This document shows positions 24,864 through 35,275 of a stretch of DNA of 44,717 bases, one piece after another. Under the pieces are notes generated by a model that was not told the origin of the DNA, did no database searches, and saw only the letters and a program-made list of their open reading frames with translations. The number at the start of each line of letters is the position of its first letter. The stretch's first letter is position 1. The DNA comes from a virus. Lineage: Duplodnaviria > Caudoviricetes. The stretch is from the IMG/VR virus record IMGVR_UViG_3300037423_001098, positions 1 through 44,717 of that record. One strand, 5' to 3'. The position numbers and the translations under genes are program-made.

Positions 24864-26266
24864 CGTCCGTCTCCGGCCTCGAACTCAAGCTCGCAGCCCT
24901 GAATGTAGCTCCATTGCACGCCGGCGGGGATGGTCGCCGTCACGCTGTTGTAACGCCCGTTGGCCCGGATCGGCATTTTGCCGTTCGAGCGCATCGTTGC
25001 CGCCGACTGGATGCTTTCCCCGTCTCCCGCGCGCATTCTCGCATCGATCGTCACGCTGGCCTCGGTGGCGTCCGTGACCAGCCGAACTTCGCGGATGCGC
25101 GACCTGCGCCCAGGCGTAGGCTCCAGATCAACGACCTTCAGCGTTGCCTCAAGGTTCGGCCCCGTGAGCGCGTTGAGCACGTTCGAGCTGTCCGCGATCA
25201 GCAGCAGCGGATTGCCGCCCTGCAATGATGGGCTATCGAGGCTGATCGTCATTGCATCGAGGTTGCCGTAAATGGCGTCGAGCGCGTCGAGCGTGATGCC
25301 GGACGTGTAGCCGGTGAACAGGCCCGCAACGTCCACCCGGATCGTCGTCGCGCGCTTGAGCACCCAATTGTAGGCGATGATGGTTCCGGGGTTTCCAGGC
25401 ATGGCCCACAGCACCAGCGAGTTGCGCGGATCGATGGTCGACCAAATCTTCGCAATGTCCGAACGCGAGAACGAGTTGAAGAACCAGCGGTTGAACTTCT
25501 CGTCGGCAATCGGCGTCACTTCCTGACCGTCGCACATCTCAAACCCGCGCTCGGACAGGAAGAAGATCAGACGACCGACATTGCACACGGACCCTGCGGC
25601 CATGCACCCGACTTCCTGCGAAATCTGGTCGAACTGCCAGATGATGTTCAGCGCGCCCTCGACGCCGACGTAGGTTGCGCGAATGACGCCCTTGTCGGTC
25701 AGGAGGATGCCATATTCACCGCCGACAACCCGCTTGAGATGCCCCCACAAGCTCGGCTGCTTGTCGGCCTGGTTCGTTCCCGTCGTCCATGTTGCGGAAT
25801 CGTTGAACTGACACCACTGCACCGCGTTGTCGGTCGTGATCGCCATGACGAAATCGCGAACCTGCGCCGCATCGATCGCGTCGGGTGCGTCAGTCGGGGT
25901 CGTGACAGTTCCGCCGGTCAGGCTGTATGATTGCAGCGCCGCAGACGTTCCGAGCGCCATCAGCACGTTGTCGCCGAACTGCGCGAAATAGACAGGCTGC
26001 GACGGGTTCAGCCCGGAAATCTCGACCCATGCCGTCCCGGAGTATTTCCAAAGGCTGGATGGCGTGGCGGCGAGCATCGTTGTGGTGCCGGTCGAATCGA
26101 CAAATGCCCCGGCCCCGTTGAAGGAATCGCCGAGCGCAGCAGTGACCCCTTGCGGCTCGCTGACCGGCGCATAGCCGTTGGCAATCGCCAGAACATTGCT
26201 TGCAACGCTTAGTCCGCCTGGTTGGTCAGGAAGCCACTCGGGTAGGGGATAAGCCTTGCTCGGCAT
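24860..26266 (-). CDS. tail nozzle / tubular protein
   Basis: MPSKAYPLPEWLPDQP start at 26266; FAQFGD, GCMAAGSV; follows adaptor. Confidence 0.75.
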   Translation of the reverse strand: MPSKAYPLPEWLPDQPGGLSVASNVLAIANGYAPVSEPQGVTAALGDSFNGAGAFVDSTGTTTMLAATPSSLWKYSGTAWVEISGLNPSQPVYFAQFGDNVLMALGTSAALQSYSLTGGTVTTPTDAPDAIDAAQVRDFVMAITTDNAVQWCQFNDSATWTTGTNQADKQPSLWGHLKRVVGGEYGILLTDKGVIRATYVGVEGALNIIWQFDQISQEVGCMAAGSVCNVGRLIFFLSERGFEMCDGQEVTPIADEKFNRWFFNSFSRSDIAKIWSTIDPRNSLVLWAMPGNPGTIIAYNWVLKRATTIRVDVAGLFTGYTSGITLDALDAIYGNLDAMTISLDSPSLQGGNPLLLIADSSNVLNALTGPNLEATLKVVDLEPTPGRRSRIREVRLVTDATEASVTIDARMRAGDGESIQSAATMRSNGKMPIRANGRYNSVTATIPAGVQWSYIQGCELEFEAGDGR

Positions 26267-26925
26267 CAGGAGCGCGCCGCCCGAACCTGCGTAACGGTGT
26301 TCGGAACCAGCGGCCCCGCGCCGTAGCGATTGTTGCGCGCGGTCTTGTTGATGCGGTCGACAACCTGGTCGAGCAGCCCCTTCCACTGCTGCGCGCGGGT
26401 AGAATTGTCGAGAAAGGCCTCCGCGTTGAACAGCGTTCCCCACAGATAGGCGTCGGGATGCTTTTCGAGCAGCCAATTCGACGGCGCGAACACGGTCAGC
26501 GGATCGAGCGTGCCGAAATAGTCCATTGTCAGCAGCGTCGAAGAGGACGGCGGCGGTGCGAGCCTGATCCCGCCCGCGACAAGAGAGTAAGCGGTCGGAA
26601 TGTCGCTCGTGCCGTCATACTCCTGACGAAGCGCGGCGGGCGACATGCCCTTGAGCGGACGGTCGGGCGACCCCTCGATGTAGATCGAGCGCATGGCCTG
26701 AAAGTCACTCGGCAGCGGAGTGTCTTCACCCGTCGCCGTAAAGGTGCTCGTCACCTCCATCTCGGGGCAGCGCAGCTCGCGGTTGAACTGCGCTTCCGCC
26801 ATCTGGATGAACACGGGAATCTTCGCCGCAAGGTCGTCGCGGTCGAGCCAGTCCTGCACTGTCGAGATGAGCGTGTCGCGGTCGGGAATTGCACCCGGAA
26901 CCGATATCGCAAGGGAGATCGACAT
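26266..26925 (-). CDS. head-tail adaptor protein
   Basis: WLDRDDL..IPVFIQMAEAQFNRELR, LPSDF, SNWLLEKHPDAYLWGTL. Confidence 0.8.
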   Translation of the reverse strand: MSISLAISVPGAIPDRDTLISTVQDWLDRDDLAAKIPVFIQMAEAQFNRELRCPEMEVTSTFTATGEDTPLPSDFQAMRSIYIEGSPDRPLKGMSPAALRQEYDGTSDIPTAYSLVAGGIRLAPPPSSSTLLTMDYFGTLDPLTVFAPSNWLLEKHPDAYLWGTLFNAEAFLDNSTRAQQWKGLLDQVVDRINKTARNNRYGAGPLVPNTVTQVRAARS

Positions 26926-26938
26926 TAGTGGAACTCCC

Positions 26939-27277
26939 TCAGATGATGATGTTGCGACATTTCAGGTAGCGATAATCGGAGCTGTTCAGCAGCCGCTTCA
27001 CGCCGTCCTGATGGTGCGGGTTCCAGCAATCGACGCCATGTTTGGTCAGCCACTCATACATGACGCCGACCGGGATTTCGGCGACCTTCTCAACCTCGCG
27101 CATCCGGCCAGTGTTGTAGTGGTTCTCACCCTCTTTGTTCCGCTTGAGGATTGCGTCGATGCTCTTCGCATCCTGCTCGTAGCGGACGAGCACTCCGTCG
27201 GGATCGTCGGGGTGGTCCCCGATGTATTTCTTGAGGCCGGTGTCGCGGTTCCAGTCGATGAGTTCCCAGTTGCTCAT
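26939..27277 (-). CDS. conserved phage hypothetical protein
   Basis: VAEIPVGV..W..LNSSDYRYLK. Confidence 0.7.
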   Translation of the reverse strand: MSNWELIDWNRDTGLKKYIGDHPDDPDGVLVRYEQDAKSIDAILKRNKEGENHYNTGRMREVEKVAEIPVGVMYEWLTKHGVDCWNPHHQDGVKRLLNSSDYRYLKCRNIII

Positions 27278-27289
27278 GGGCGTCCCTCA

Positions 27290-27323
27290 AAGAAAAGGGG
27301 CCGGACCCGAAAGCCCAGCCCCT
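27290..27323 (-). terminator. rho-independent terminator after the capsid gene
   Basis: Minus strand AGGGGCTGGGC-TTTCGG-GTCCGGCCCCT followed by TTTCTTT. Confidence 0.7.
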
Positions 27324-27332
27324 CCGTAGTCA

Positions 27333-28298
27333 TTACTGAATGTCGCGGATCGCGCCCGACGCCGCTTCGTTGCGGCAAACGAGCGTCGACTCCTGGTAGA
27401 GCGCCTTGCGCGTGGCAAGGCCGGTCTTGGCCAGATCGATGATCTTGAGCGAATCCAGGTCCGCGATCGCCCAATACTCGGGGTCGATCACGAGCGTGTC
27501 ACGAGCCGACATGAAGCGCGACGGCACAAGGTTCACGCTGCCGCCGTCGCCGGTATAAACTTCGGCACCGGCAACAATCGTGATGAGCTTCGTGCCAGTC
27601 TCGCGACGCTGCGATACGAGGCCGGGGAACGCCGCAGCCTTCCGCTTCATGGCCATCGAAGAGATCGCCATCGTCGGATTGCCGCCGGCGCTCCAGATGC
27701 TCGCCAGCATGTTGGCAAGGTTCGTCTCCGCGTAGGTGCGAAGCGTTCCGTTGACGGCCGCCGTGGTGACGTAGCCGGTGGTGTTGCCGCCTGAGTAAAC
27801 CGGAGCAACGCCAGTCGCGCCAAGGTCGTTGTTGGTCTTGATGAAGCCCAACGCACCCGCAGACTCGCCAGCGGTGCCAGAAGCCGGCGGAACGGCGGCG
27901 AAGTTGCCGCAGAACCGAGACTCCGCATCCGTGTTGAGTTCGCGGCCAGCCTTCATGATCTCGCGAGCGAGTTCACTGGCGCGGCCTGCGGTCTTGGTCG
28001 CCTCCATCGTGGTGGACGAACCAATGACCTTCTTCATGATCTGCGTGTAATTGCCCTGCCGAACGGTATTCGGTCGGGAATCGTTGGTCAGATCGTCGCC
28101 CTGAATGGTCTTGTTCTGGGCGTTGGCAGCGGCAAGAGTGTCGGTTTGCCATTCGTGAAACGTCTGGCTCGCCGATTCCCGAGCGCACGCCTTGGAGAAC
28201 GGGCAGTCGTCCGGGAACAACTGGTAGATTTTGTCAGACAGGTCTTCGCGGACGCCGACGCGCCCAACCGCCTGAATGCTGTTGGTAGGAACGGTCAC
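27333..28298 (-). CDS. major capsid protein
   Basis: GVREDLSDKIY, HEWQTDTL, NYTQI, LAKTG; downstream of scaffold. Confidence 0.9.
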   Translation of the reverse strand: MTVPTNSIQAVGRVGVREDLSDKIYQLFPDDCPFSKACARESASQTFHEWQTDTLAAANAQNKTIQGDDLTNDSRPNTVRQGNYTQIMKKVIGSSTTMEATKTAGRASELAREIMKAGRELNTDAESRFCGNFAAVPPASGTAGESAGALGFIKTNNDLGATGVAPVYSGGNTTGYVTTAAVNGTLRTYAETNLANMLASIWSAGGNPTMAISSMAMKRKAAAFPGLVSQRRETGTKLITIVAGAEVYTGDGGSVNLVPSRFMSARDTLVIDPEYWAIADLDSLKIIDLAKTGLATRKALYQESTLVCRNEAASGAIRDIQ

Positions 28299-28368
28299 TG
28301 TTTAATTCCTTCTGGCCCCGAAGGGCGCTGGGACTCGACGCCTCACGGCGTGGAATCTTGGTGGAGGG

Positions 28369-29385
28369 CTAAATCATGCCCTGTTCTTTGAGGTATGCGG
28401 CGAAAGCCTGATCGCGGACTTGTCCCTTCGAGTTCTTCGCCGTTTCCCATGCTGCGGTCGCGCGATTTGCGCGGAGCTGGTCGGTTCCTTGGCTAACGCC
28501 TGGGGTGGCTACCTTGGGCAGTCCCTTTGCGGCGCGAACCTTCTCCATCTTGGTCTTTTGCAAGGCGCGATACTTCTCAGCATCGGCCTTCCATTCCGCC
28601 GCTTGACGGATCGCAAGAATGTCGGTCGCTCGTGCTTGTCCGATCAGCTCGTCGGGATAGCCCAACTCCTTGGCGACTGCCGTGAGCTTGCGCTGCAACT
28701 CAGGGCCGGTCGTAGGGTCGGCGTATTCCGGGAAACTATCGACGATGATGCGGTGCTGTTCCGCTGCTTCCGCCTGGGCAATCTGCTGTGCGCGAAGCTG
28801 TGCCTGCTGGGCGTATTGCTGAGACTGCTGCTGCAACTGCTGCTGCTGGGCAACCTTGGCCTCGTAATCCGCCTGCATGGCATAGAACGCCTGCGGGTCA
28901 TGCTGGAGCAACGCCGGATTGGGGCGCTGCGGGGCAATCTGCTCGGCGTATTGTGAAAGCTGCTGCGCCACCTGGGCTTCGTAAGCCGCGACCTGTTGGA
29001 TCGCTGCCTGCTCGGCTTCCTGCTTGGCGCGGGCCGCTTCCTGGGACTTGGACTGAACGAATTTCTCGCGCTCGCTTTCCCGCTTTGCGATAACCTCCTG
29101 GGCATCGCGCGGCAGTTCCGCGAACTTGGCTTTCGCTTCAGCGTCCCACGATACCGGCGCGTCGATGGGAGGAAGATCGTCAACTTCCTCTTCGAGTGTC
29201 GGTTCGTCTTCGGCTTCTTCGGCGCTATCAGGCTGAGCCTGTTCACCTTCTGCCGGTTGTTCCTCTTCGTCCGTTACGCCGAACTGCTCTTCAGCAAGCT
29301 GCGTGAAATAGTCTGCTGCATTGGTCGGTTCGGCTGCGGGGGTGGATTCGCTGCCGACTGCCGGGGTTTCCGACTGGGTCGTCAT
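28369..29385 (-). CDS. capsid scaffolding protein
   Basis: Acidic N-terminus, APVSWDAEAKAKFAELP, Gln-rich coiled coil. Confidence 0.8.
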   Translation of the reverse strand: MTTQSETPAVGSESTPAAEPTNAADYFTQLAEEQFGVTDEEEQPAEGEQAQPDSAEEAEDEPTLEEEVDDLPPIDAPVSWDAEAKAKFAELPRDAQEVIAKRESEREKFVQSKSQEAARAKQEAEQAAIQQVAAYEAQVAQQLSQYAEQIAPQRPNPALLQHDPQAFYAMQADYEAKVAQQQQLQQQSQQYAQQAQLRAQQIAQAEAAEQHRIIVDSFPEYADPTTGPELQRKLTAVAKELGYPDELIGQARATDILAIRQAAEWKADAEKYRALQKTKMEKVRAAKGLPKVATPGVSQGTDQLRANRATAAWETAKNSKGQVRDQAFAAYLKEQGMI

Positions 29386-29483
29386 TGCTAAGTCCTTCTT
29401 TGGGAACCGGCGTCATCTCGACGCGGGTATCTCCGCCTTGATTGGCGGGATTGGTGTGGCGAGGTTGACCCTCGCTCGTATGG

Positions 29484-29804
29484 TTATCCTGCAATCCTGA
29501 GCAGCCGCTGCTTTGCGTCAGTCATGCCCTCGATACGTTCGGACTTGAGCTTGTCGCGCTTCGCCAGTTCGCCGTCGCGGATTACCTCCGCCATTCCGGC
29601 TTGCAGGGAATCGACAACCTTCAGCGCCACCGACAGCGCGGTAATCGCTTCCGAGCGCGTGGTCGGGTGAAGCTCGGTCGTTGCAACGTGCGAGATGCGG
29701 GCGGTGTATTCGTCGCGCAGCTCTGCAAACAGCGGCGACAGGAACTCGTCCATGAACATTTGTGCGCGATGGGCGCGGGCGATGCGGTGCGAGGTGTCGG
29801 TCAT
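29484..29804 (-). CDS. hypothetical protein
   Basis: Between portal and scaffold; coupled to portal stop. Confidence 0.7.
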   Translation of the reverse strand: MTDTSHRIARAHRAQMFMDEFLSPLFAELRDEYTARISHVATTELHPTTRSEAITALSVALKVVDSLQAGMAEVIRDGELAKRDKLKSERIEGMTDAKQRLLRIAG

Positions 29805-31825
29805 GCGTCGAGTTTCCCACCGGGCCGCATCTTCGCAATCTTCTGCTGACTATCGAGCTGCGCCGCGTGCTTGTGCGCCTCGAGGATCATCTGCTGCTGG
29901 TCGATGAATGCCTGGAGATTCTGCTGGCGAACAGCAATCGCCGCCTCCTGGTGCTGTTTCAGAAGCTCGATCTGCGTCTCGTCGGCGTGCTGAGCCATCA
30001 TCTGCTGCAACTTGGCCGCGTCGGCCTGCTGCTGAGCCTCAATCGCCTGCTGCTTCACCTGAATCTGGGCCATCAGCGCCTGCGCCTTCGGGTCGGGCGG
30101 CTGCTGTTGCGGGATCGGATTGCCCTGCTCGTCCTTGGGCGGCTCGGTGAAATAGTCGTTGGGCTGCAACCCGAAGGCGCGAGCCAGGGCCGTGCAGGCG
30201 TTGTAAACATTGTCGTCGCTGACGATTTGCGAACCGGCCATCTTGAGCATCGACTGGACCTGCCCAATCGTCTGAAGGCCCATCACCCGGTTCTGCTTCG
30301 ACCCGGAACCGAGGCCAGCCTTCACGGCAACCTCCATGTCCTCGGGCCACTGCGACGGGTCGATGGTGCGATACTGACCATCAACCCTGATCTGGAACGG
30401 CTGCGCGTAGCGGCGCATCAGCCCGACCTTCTTCATGAACAGCCGAGCAACGCCCTCCACAAACTGGCGGATGACGTAGCGCTCCATTTGCTGCCCGCGC
30501 GCCATGAGCTGCGCTTGGCCCCTGGCCGTGTCATTGAGCGTGTCTTCATCCACGCCCTTGTTGAGCTGCGTAATGCCGGTCGCATTCTCGCGGAGCCGCG
30601 ACATGAACTCGACCGCGTTGAACGCGATCTGGCTTACGTCGTTTTTCTTTTCCGGGATCGGCGCAACCTGTCCGGTGTAGCGCACAAGGCGGTTGGGCCT
30701 GACCGTCAGCAGGTCGTCAATCGTGTGGTCGCCGCAGCTATCCTCGTGGACGTAATGCCCCGGTGCAACCTGCGAGTAGAGGCTGTCCAGCGCGTTACGC
30801 AGAAGGACCGAATTGACGACCTGGAAGTCCATCGTCTTGTCGGCCTGCGACTGTCCAATGAGCCGCCCCTGCATCGGGAACGGGCACCAATACTCGAACG
30901 GCTGATAATCGACCGGCTCAATCGCCGGCTTGCCCGTGTCAGACCTCGTAAGGATCGTGTTGCCGACGCGGCTAACACAGAGGCGTTCCGAGATTCCGTC
31001 GCCGTCAAGATCGTAGAGGACATATTCCTCGTTGAACGTGACGGTGCGGTTGACGCCATCCCTGTCTATCGCGCCATACCAACTGTTGCGCCCATCGTCG
31101 CGCGCATTGCCGAGTGTATTCAGGAATGAGTTGCTGCCCTGCGACAGATCAAGGCCGCTAACATCGAAGCCCATCTCGGTCAGTTCCGAAATGCGCTTCT
31201 GCGGCAGGTGCGCGAGATAGACGGCGTTGTCGAAGTCCCGAGCGTCCGCAGCAATGCGGAACTCCTCCAGCGGGACGTGATAATCTGGGAACGTCGCGGC
31301 GGTCTCTTCGAGCGTGACCGCGTGAATCATCGGCGAACCGTCAACCGGGTGCGGCTCGTCCGTCTGCGTCGCCTCGATCGCATTGTCGGGCAGCATCGCC
31401 GGGTGATACAGCGCCTCAACGCGCTTCTTTTTGCGCTCGACGCAGCTTTTAACGATCGCTATCTTTTCGAGCAGCCCCGCCTTGCCCCAGTCATGCATGA
31501 GACGGAAGCCGTTCTTGCGGCGGTAAATGTAATGCATCGCCACGGTGGCGTCGTCGCAGCCCTGCTCGTCCGCCTCTCCGGTTGGCTCAAACTCCACGAT
31601 GTGATCGGAGCCAGCCACAACGTCGAGCAGGCTCGTGAGCATGTAATCGGCAGACTCAGACACGTCGCCAGCAACGACCTGCGAACGCCCCTCTTCCTCG
31701 TTGCCGTATGCGTCGCGGTTGTATGAGCGAAGCGCCGCCTCTACCTCTTCGAGCAGTGTTCCATCATACGAGCGCGATTCCTCCTGGTTGAGGAAGGCGA
31801 GGAATTGGGGATCAACGTCAGTCAT
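29801..31825 (-). CDS. portal protein
   Basis: 674 aa after TerL; GNEEEGRSQVV, Gln-rich C-terminal barrel. Confidence 0.9.
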   Translation of the reverse strand: MTDVDPQFLAFLNQEESRSYDGTLLEEVEAALRSYNRDAYGNEEEGRSQVVAGDVSESADYMLTSLLDVVAGSDHIVEFEPTGEADEQGCDDATVAMHYIYRRKNGFRLMHDWGKAGLLEKIAIVKSCVERKKKRVEALYHPAMLPDNAIEATQTDEPHPVDGSPMIHAVTLEETAATFPDYHVPLEEFRIAADARDFDNAVYLAHLPQKRISELTEMGFDVSGLDLSQGSNSFLNTLGNARDDGRNSWYGAIDRDGVNRTVTFNEEYVLYDLDGDGISERLCVSRVGNTILTRSDTGKPAIEPVDYQPFEYWCPFPMQGRLIGQSQADKTMDFQVVNSVLLRNALDSLYSQVAPGHYVHEDSCGDHTIDDLLTVRPNRLVRYTGQVAPIPEKKNDVSQIAFNAVEFMSRLRENATGITQLNKGVDEDTLNDTARGQAQLMARGQQMERYVIRQFVEGVARLFMKKVGLMRRYAQPFQIRVDGQYRTIDPSQWPEDMEVAVKAGLGSGSKQNRVMGLQTIGQVQSMLKMAGSQIVSDDNVYNACTALARAFGLQPNDYFTEPPKDEQGNPIPQQQPPDPKAQALMAQIQVKQQAIEAQQQADAAKLQQMMAQHADETQIELLKQHQEAAIAVRQQNLQAFIDQQQMILEAHKHAAQLDSQQKIAKMRPGGKLDA

Positions 31826-33072
31826 ACGATCCCCTTGCTGGAATACTTGATCGGCTTCATCTCGGGCCGGTTGGTGTGTCCGACCGCGAAATACCGCAGC
31901 GCGTCCGCGTAATGGCTGGTCCAGTCATGCAGCGGGTTCACTCGGAACTCCTGCCGCTTCTCGTCATATTCGCGGCGATACATGCGCAGCGCCTCGATGC
32001 CGGTCTTGCACTTGTCCTTGTCGAACCAGCAGGTTGGCAACAGCATCCTCACCGCCTGGATTCCGTCAGCAATCGGAATGTTCGGGCAAACCGTCGCCTT
32101 GATGCCGAGCGCGGCCAGAACCTCTTTGCGGGACTTGCCGGTCCCCAGCTCCCGAACCTCAACGTCGTGCGGCAGATAGTGATTGCCCCACACATAGTCT
32201 CGCTCGGATAGCCGCTTGGCATACCAGTCGAGACCGACGCCCTCACCCTTCAGCACGTCGATGATGCGCGTTTCTCGGCCCGATACCTGGATGAACCAGA
32301 TGACCGTCGAGTCCGCGACGCCCAAGTCCCATGCCGTATGCACGGGAAGGCGAGGATCGTAAGGCACGCCAGCGATCCGCTCCTCGGCGTCGTTCATCTC
32401 CTTGCCGTAGTAAGCGCCCTTGACCGCAGCCTCGAACGAGCACTCGTATTCCTGAGCGTATTCGTCCTCGCTCATCATGCGGCGGGCGTCGGCCAATTCT
32501 TTGGCGTCGAGTAGGCCCGTCTCCGACGCCTTCAGCATCAGCCGCGTCCAGTCTGGATCGTCCTCAGCTTCCGTCCAGAGCCGGTGAAACGTGTTCTTGC
32601 CCTTGGGCGTGCCGATGAAGCAGGCCCATCCCTTGCGGTCGCTCAGCGCGGGGCGAATGACCTGCGACCATATCGTCGGGTCCATGTCCCCGAACTCGTC
32701 GAGCACCACGCCGTCGAGATAGATGCCGCGCAACCTGTCCGGGTTGTCAGCTCCGTAAATCCTGATCCGCTTGCCGCCCGGAATCTCGACCCACAACTCG
32801 CTTTCGTTGATCTTCGGCGACAGAAACGCCGTGTATTCCTTGAGATAGACCCAGGCGATGTCCTTGGCCTGATTGAGCTGCGGCGCGACGTAAGCGAATC
32901 GTGGATTGGGCTTCGCGCACTTGAGCGCGCCAATCACCAGCTCGTTGATGTCCGCGACGGTCTTTCCCGCCCGCCTGTGCGCCACGCCGACGAACCAGCG
33001 GGTCTTCCGTGTGTGAAGCGGTCTAAATTGTTTGCGGACCTCGTATGGCGATACGAGTTCAACCGTCGTCAT
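31822..33072 (-). CDS. terL: terminase large subunit
   Basis: HRRAGKT, LRGIYLDGVVLDE, GTPKGKN, WDLG, HDWTSHYADA. Confidence 0.95.
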   Translation of the reverse strand: MTTVELVSPYEVRKQFRPLHTRKTRWFVGVAHRRAGKTVADINELVIGALKCAKPNPRFAYVAPQLNQAKDIAWVYLKEYTAFLSPKINESELWVEIPGGKRIRIYGADNPDRLRGIYLDGVVLDEFGDMDPTIWSQVIRPALSDRKGWACFIGTPKGKNTFHRLWTEAEDDPDWTRLMLKASETGLLDAKELADARRMMSEDEYAQEYECSFEAAVKGAYYGKEMNDAEERIAGVPYDPRLPVHTAWDLGVADSTVIWFIQVSGRETRIIDVLKGEGVGLDWYAKRLSERDYVWGNHYLPHDVEVRELGTGKSRKEVLAALGIKATVCPNIPIADGIQAVRMLLPTCWFDKDKCKTGIEALRMYRREYDEKRQEFRVNPLHDWTSHYADALRYFAVGHTNRPEMKPIKYSSKGIV

Positions 33073-33340
33073 TCAGGCCCTTGAAGATGGCAACGCCGAT
33101 TGCGCCGCCACCCTCGCCAGTCAGTTGAAGCGGCAACAGCTTGGGGTAGATCGTGCCCCAGAACGTGTGCTCGTTCTTCTCGTCCTCTTTAGCCCACGCA
33201 ACGAGGCGGTCCGTTCCGCCCAGCCGCTCGGCCGCCAGCGCAATCGCCTCCTTGGCGATCAGCGTGGTCTTGTTCTTCGCGCCCCTGGGACGGCCCTTGC
33301 CGGCGTTCCCCCTATTCGCGCCTATTTTAGGCTCGCTCAT
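33059..33340 (-). CDS. terS: terminase small subunit (putative)
   Basis: GKGRPRGAKNKTT..KLLPLQLTGEGGG directly upstream of TerL. Confidence 0.75.
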   Translation of the reverse strand: MSEPKIGANRGNAGKGRPRGAKNKTTLIAKEAIALAAERLGGTDRLVAWAKEDEKNEHTFWGTIYPKLLPLQLTGEGGGAIGVAIFKGLNDDG

Positions 33341-33430
33341 GCGCCCCTCCGTTTGCCGCTCCTCATCGAGGTGGGCGGTGTCCTTGGCTATTCGTCGTCG
33401 GATATCAGCGTGTCGGCGAGCGTGTGTAAC

Positions 33431-33655
33431 TCACCAACGGATGCCATCGCGATCATTCGCCGGTCCAACCCACCAGATGCGATAGCCGTCCGTGTGGCGC
33501 TCGACCGCAGGTATCCACCGCTCACTCACCGTGAAGCGCATCTCTTTCCAGAGAACAGGCTTCCTGGTCGGCAGATACCGAGCGCCCCTGTCCACAATGC
33601 CCCGAGCCGTGGCACTAATTCTTACAGGGTGGTCATCGTGGACGAGCTTGAGCAT
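33431..33655 (-). CDS. hypothetical protein
   Basis: GGAGGG RBS; operon orientation. Confidence 0.45.
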   Translation of the reverse strand: MLKLVHDDHPVRISATARGIVDRGARYLPTRKPVLWKEMRFTVSERWIPAVERHTDGYRIWWVGPANDRDGIRW

Positions 33656-34262
33656 CGACCACCCTCCGGTGAATAATCCCCCCGGCGCAGCGTCACCTCA
33701 GCGTGCGACAATGCGCTTCTGTGAGTGCGTTGGTGGCTGGCCGGGAGGGCTGCCGCGCTGTGTCTTGGTGTCTGCGGCAGAAAGTTACGCTGCCTCTTTG
33801 TGCAGCAGATGCTGAAGCGACTTCCAGCTCCTGCCGCGCCAGATGTGCTGGACTGTCCAGCGACTGACGCCGAGAGCTTTCGCAATTGTCTTTTGGCCTT
33901 CGCCATTGTTCAGGCGAGCAATGATCTCTAGCGCCGTCGCCTCATCCGTGGTCCACGGCTTAAGTTGCGTGCCGTGCAGGGTGCGGTCGGACTGATTTTC
34001 TGATCGCGTGGCCCAGCGCAGGTTCTCTGGCCGGTTGTTATCCCTCGTGCCGTCGCCATGCGCGACCTCATGCCTGTCAGATGGCGGTAAGCCATGGAAG
34101 GCAAGGCACACCGCGCGATGGACAGAAAGGACTCGCCTCTTGCCCTTCACGCACAAATTGACTGTCGGATAACAGTTAACCGGAAAAGGAATCAGGACTG
34201 GCAATTATATACTTGACAAAACACAGGAGGGGGCTATGGTGGTTCGCAACAGGAGCCCACCG

Positions 34263-35174
34263 ATGTTCGACCTCACCAATCCGGTGTTTCACGATGAGAC
34301 CGCAGCCCGCGAATATCTCGAAAGCCTTCATTGGCCGGACGGTGCGGAATGCCCTCACTGTGAGTCCATGCGCGTGACCAAGGTGGGCGGCTCTACCGCT
34401 CGCCCCGGCCTCTACATGTGCAACGCTTGCCGCAAGCAGTTCACCGTGACGGTCGGCACCATCATGGAGGACAGCAAGATCCCGCTCACCAAGTGGCTTC
34501 TCGCGTTCCGCCTGTTGAGCGCTGGCAAGAAGGGTCACTCGGCGAGCGAACTAAGCCGCTCGCTCGGCATCACCTACAAAACCGCGTGGTTCATGGCCCA
34601 CCGCATTCGTGAAGCCATGAAAGAGGACAATCCCTCGCCGCTCGGCGGTCCCGGAAAGACCGTTGAGAGCGATGAGGCTTTCGTTGGCGGCTTCAAGAAC
34701 AACCGGTTGAGCGGCAAGGTCGCACCGAAGAAGAAGATCGTCACCCTGATCGATCGCGACGCTGGCCGCGCTCGCAGCTTCCACATCACGCACGTCAATT
34801 TCGATATCGTGCGCAACGCGCTCGTCACGAACGTGGACCGCTCGTCGCATCTGCGCACCGACGATGCGCGTTTCTACAACACCATTGGCCGCGAGTTCGC
34901 CAGCCACGCGACGACGCTTCACAGCAACCGCGAGTTTTCGCGCGGCAACGGCAATCACTCCAACAATGCCGAGAACTTTTTCAGCATCCTAAAGCGGGGC
35001 GTCGTTGGGACCTACCATCACTGGTCCGTCGCCCATACGCACCGTTACCTTGCCGAGTTCGACTTCCGTTATTCAACCCACACCCTGACGGACGCGGAGC
35101 GCACCGCAGAGGCGTTGAAAGGTGCGCGCGGGAAGCGCCTCACCTACCGGCAACCTAGCAGCCTCGCCGCCTAG
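34263..35174 (+). CDS. IS1595-family transposase
   Basis: CPHC..CNAC Zn ribbon, VESDEAFVGG, LRTDD, NNAENFFSILKR, YLAEFDFRY. Confidence 0.95.
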   Translation: MFDLTNPVFHDETAAREYLESLHWPDGAECPHCESMRVTKVGGSTARPGLYMCNACRKQFTVTVGTIMEDSKIPLTKWLLAFRLLSAGKKGHSASELSRSLGITYKTAWFMAHRIREAMKEDNPSPLGGPGKTVESDEAFVGGFKNNRLSGKVAPKKKIVTLIDRDAGRARSFHITHVNFDIVRNALVTNVDRSSHLRTDDARFYNTIGREFASHATTLHSNREFSRGNGNHSNNAENFFSILKRGVVGTYHHWSVAHTHRYLAEFDFRYSTHTLTDAERTAEALKGARGKRLTYRQPSSLAA

Positions 35175-35275
35175 ATTCTTTGAGCCTCCACCTTGGTGGG
35201 GCGAGCGGCGGAAGCGCTGGACTCGCGGGTAGCGTCGGCTACTCTCAAGACGCTCGGTTCGCGTGGGAGCACGAC

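Noticed and set aside
29762-31129. Long + strand ORFs opposite portal and other structural genes
   Set aside because: Antisense shadows expected from high-GC codon bias; no recognisable motifs
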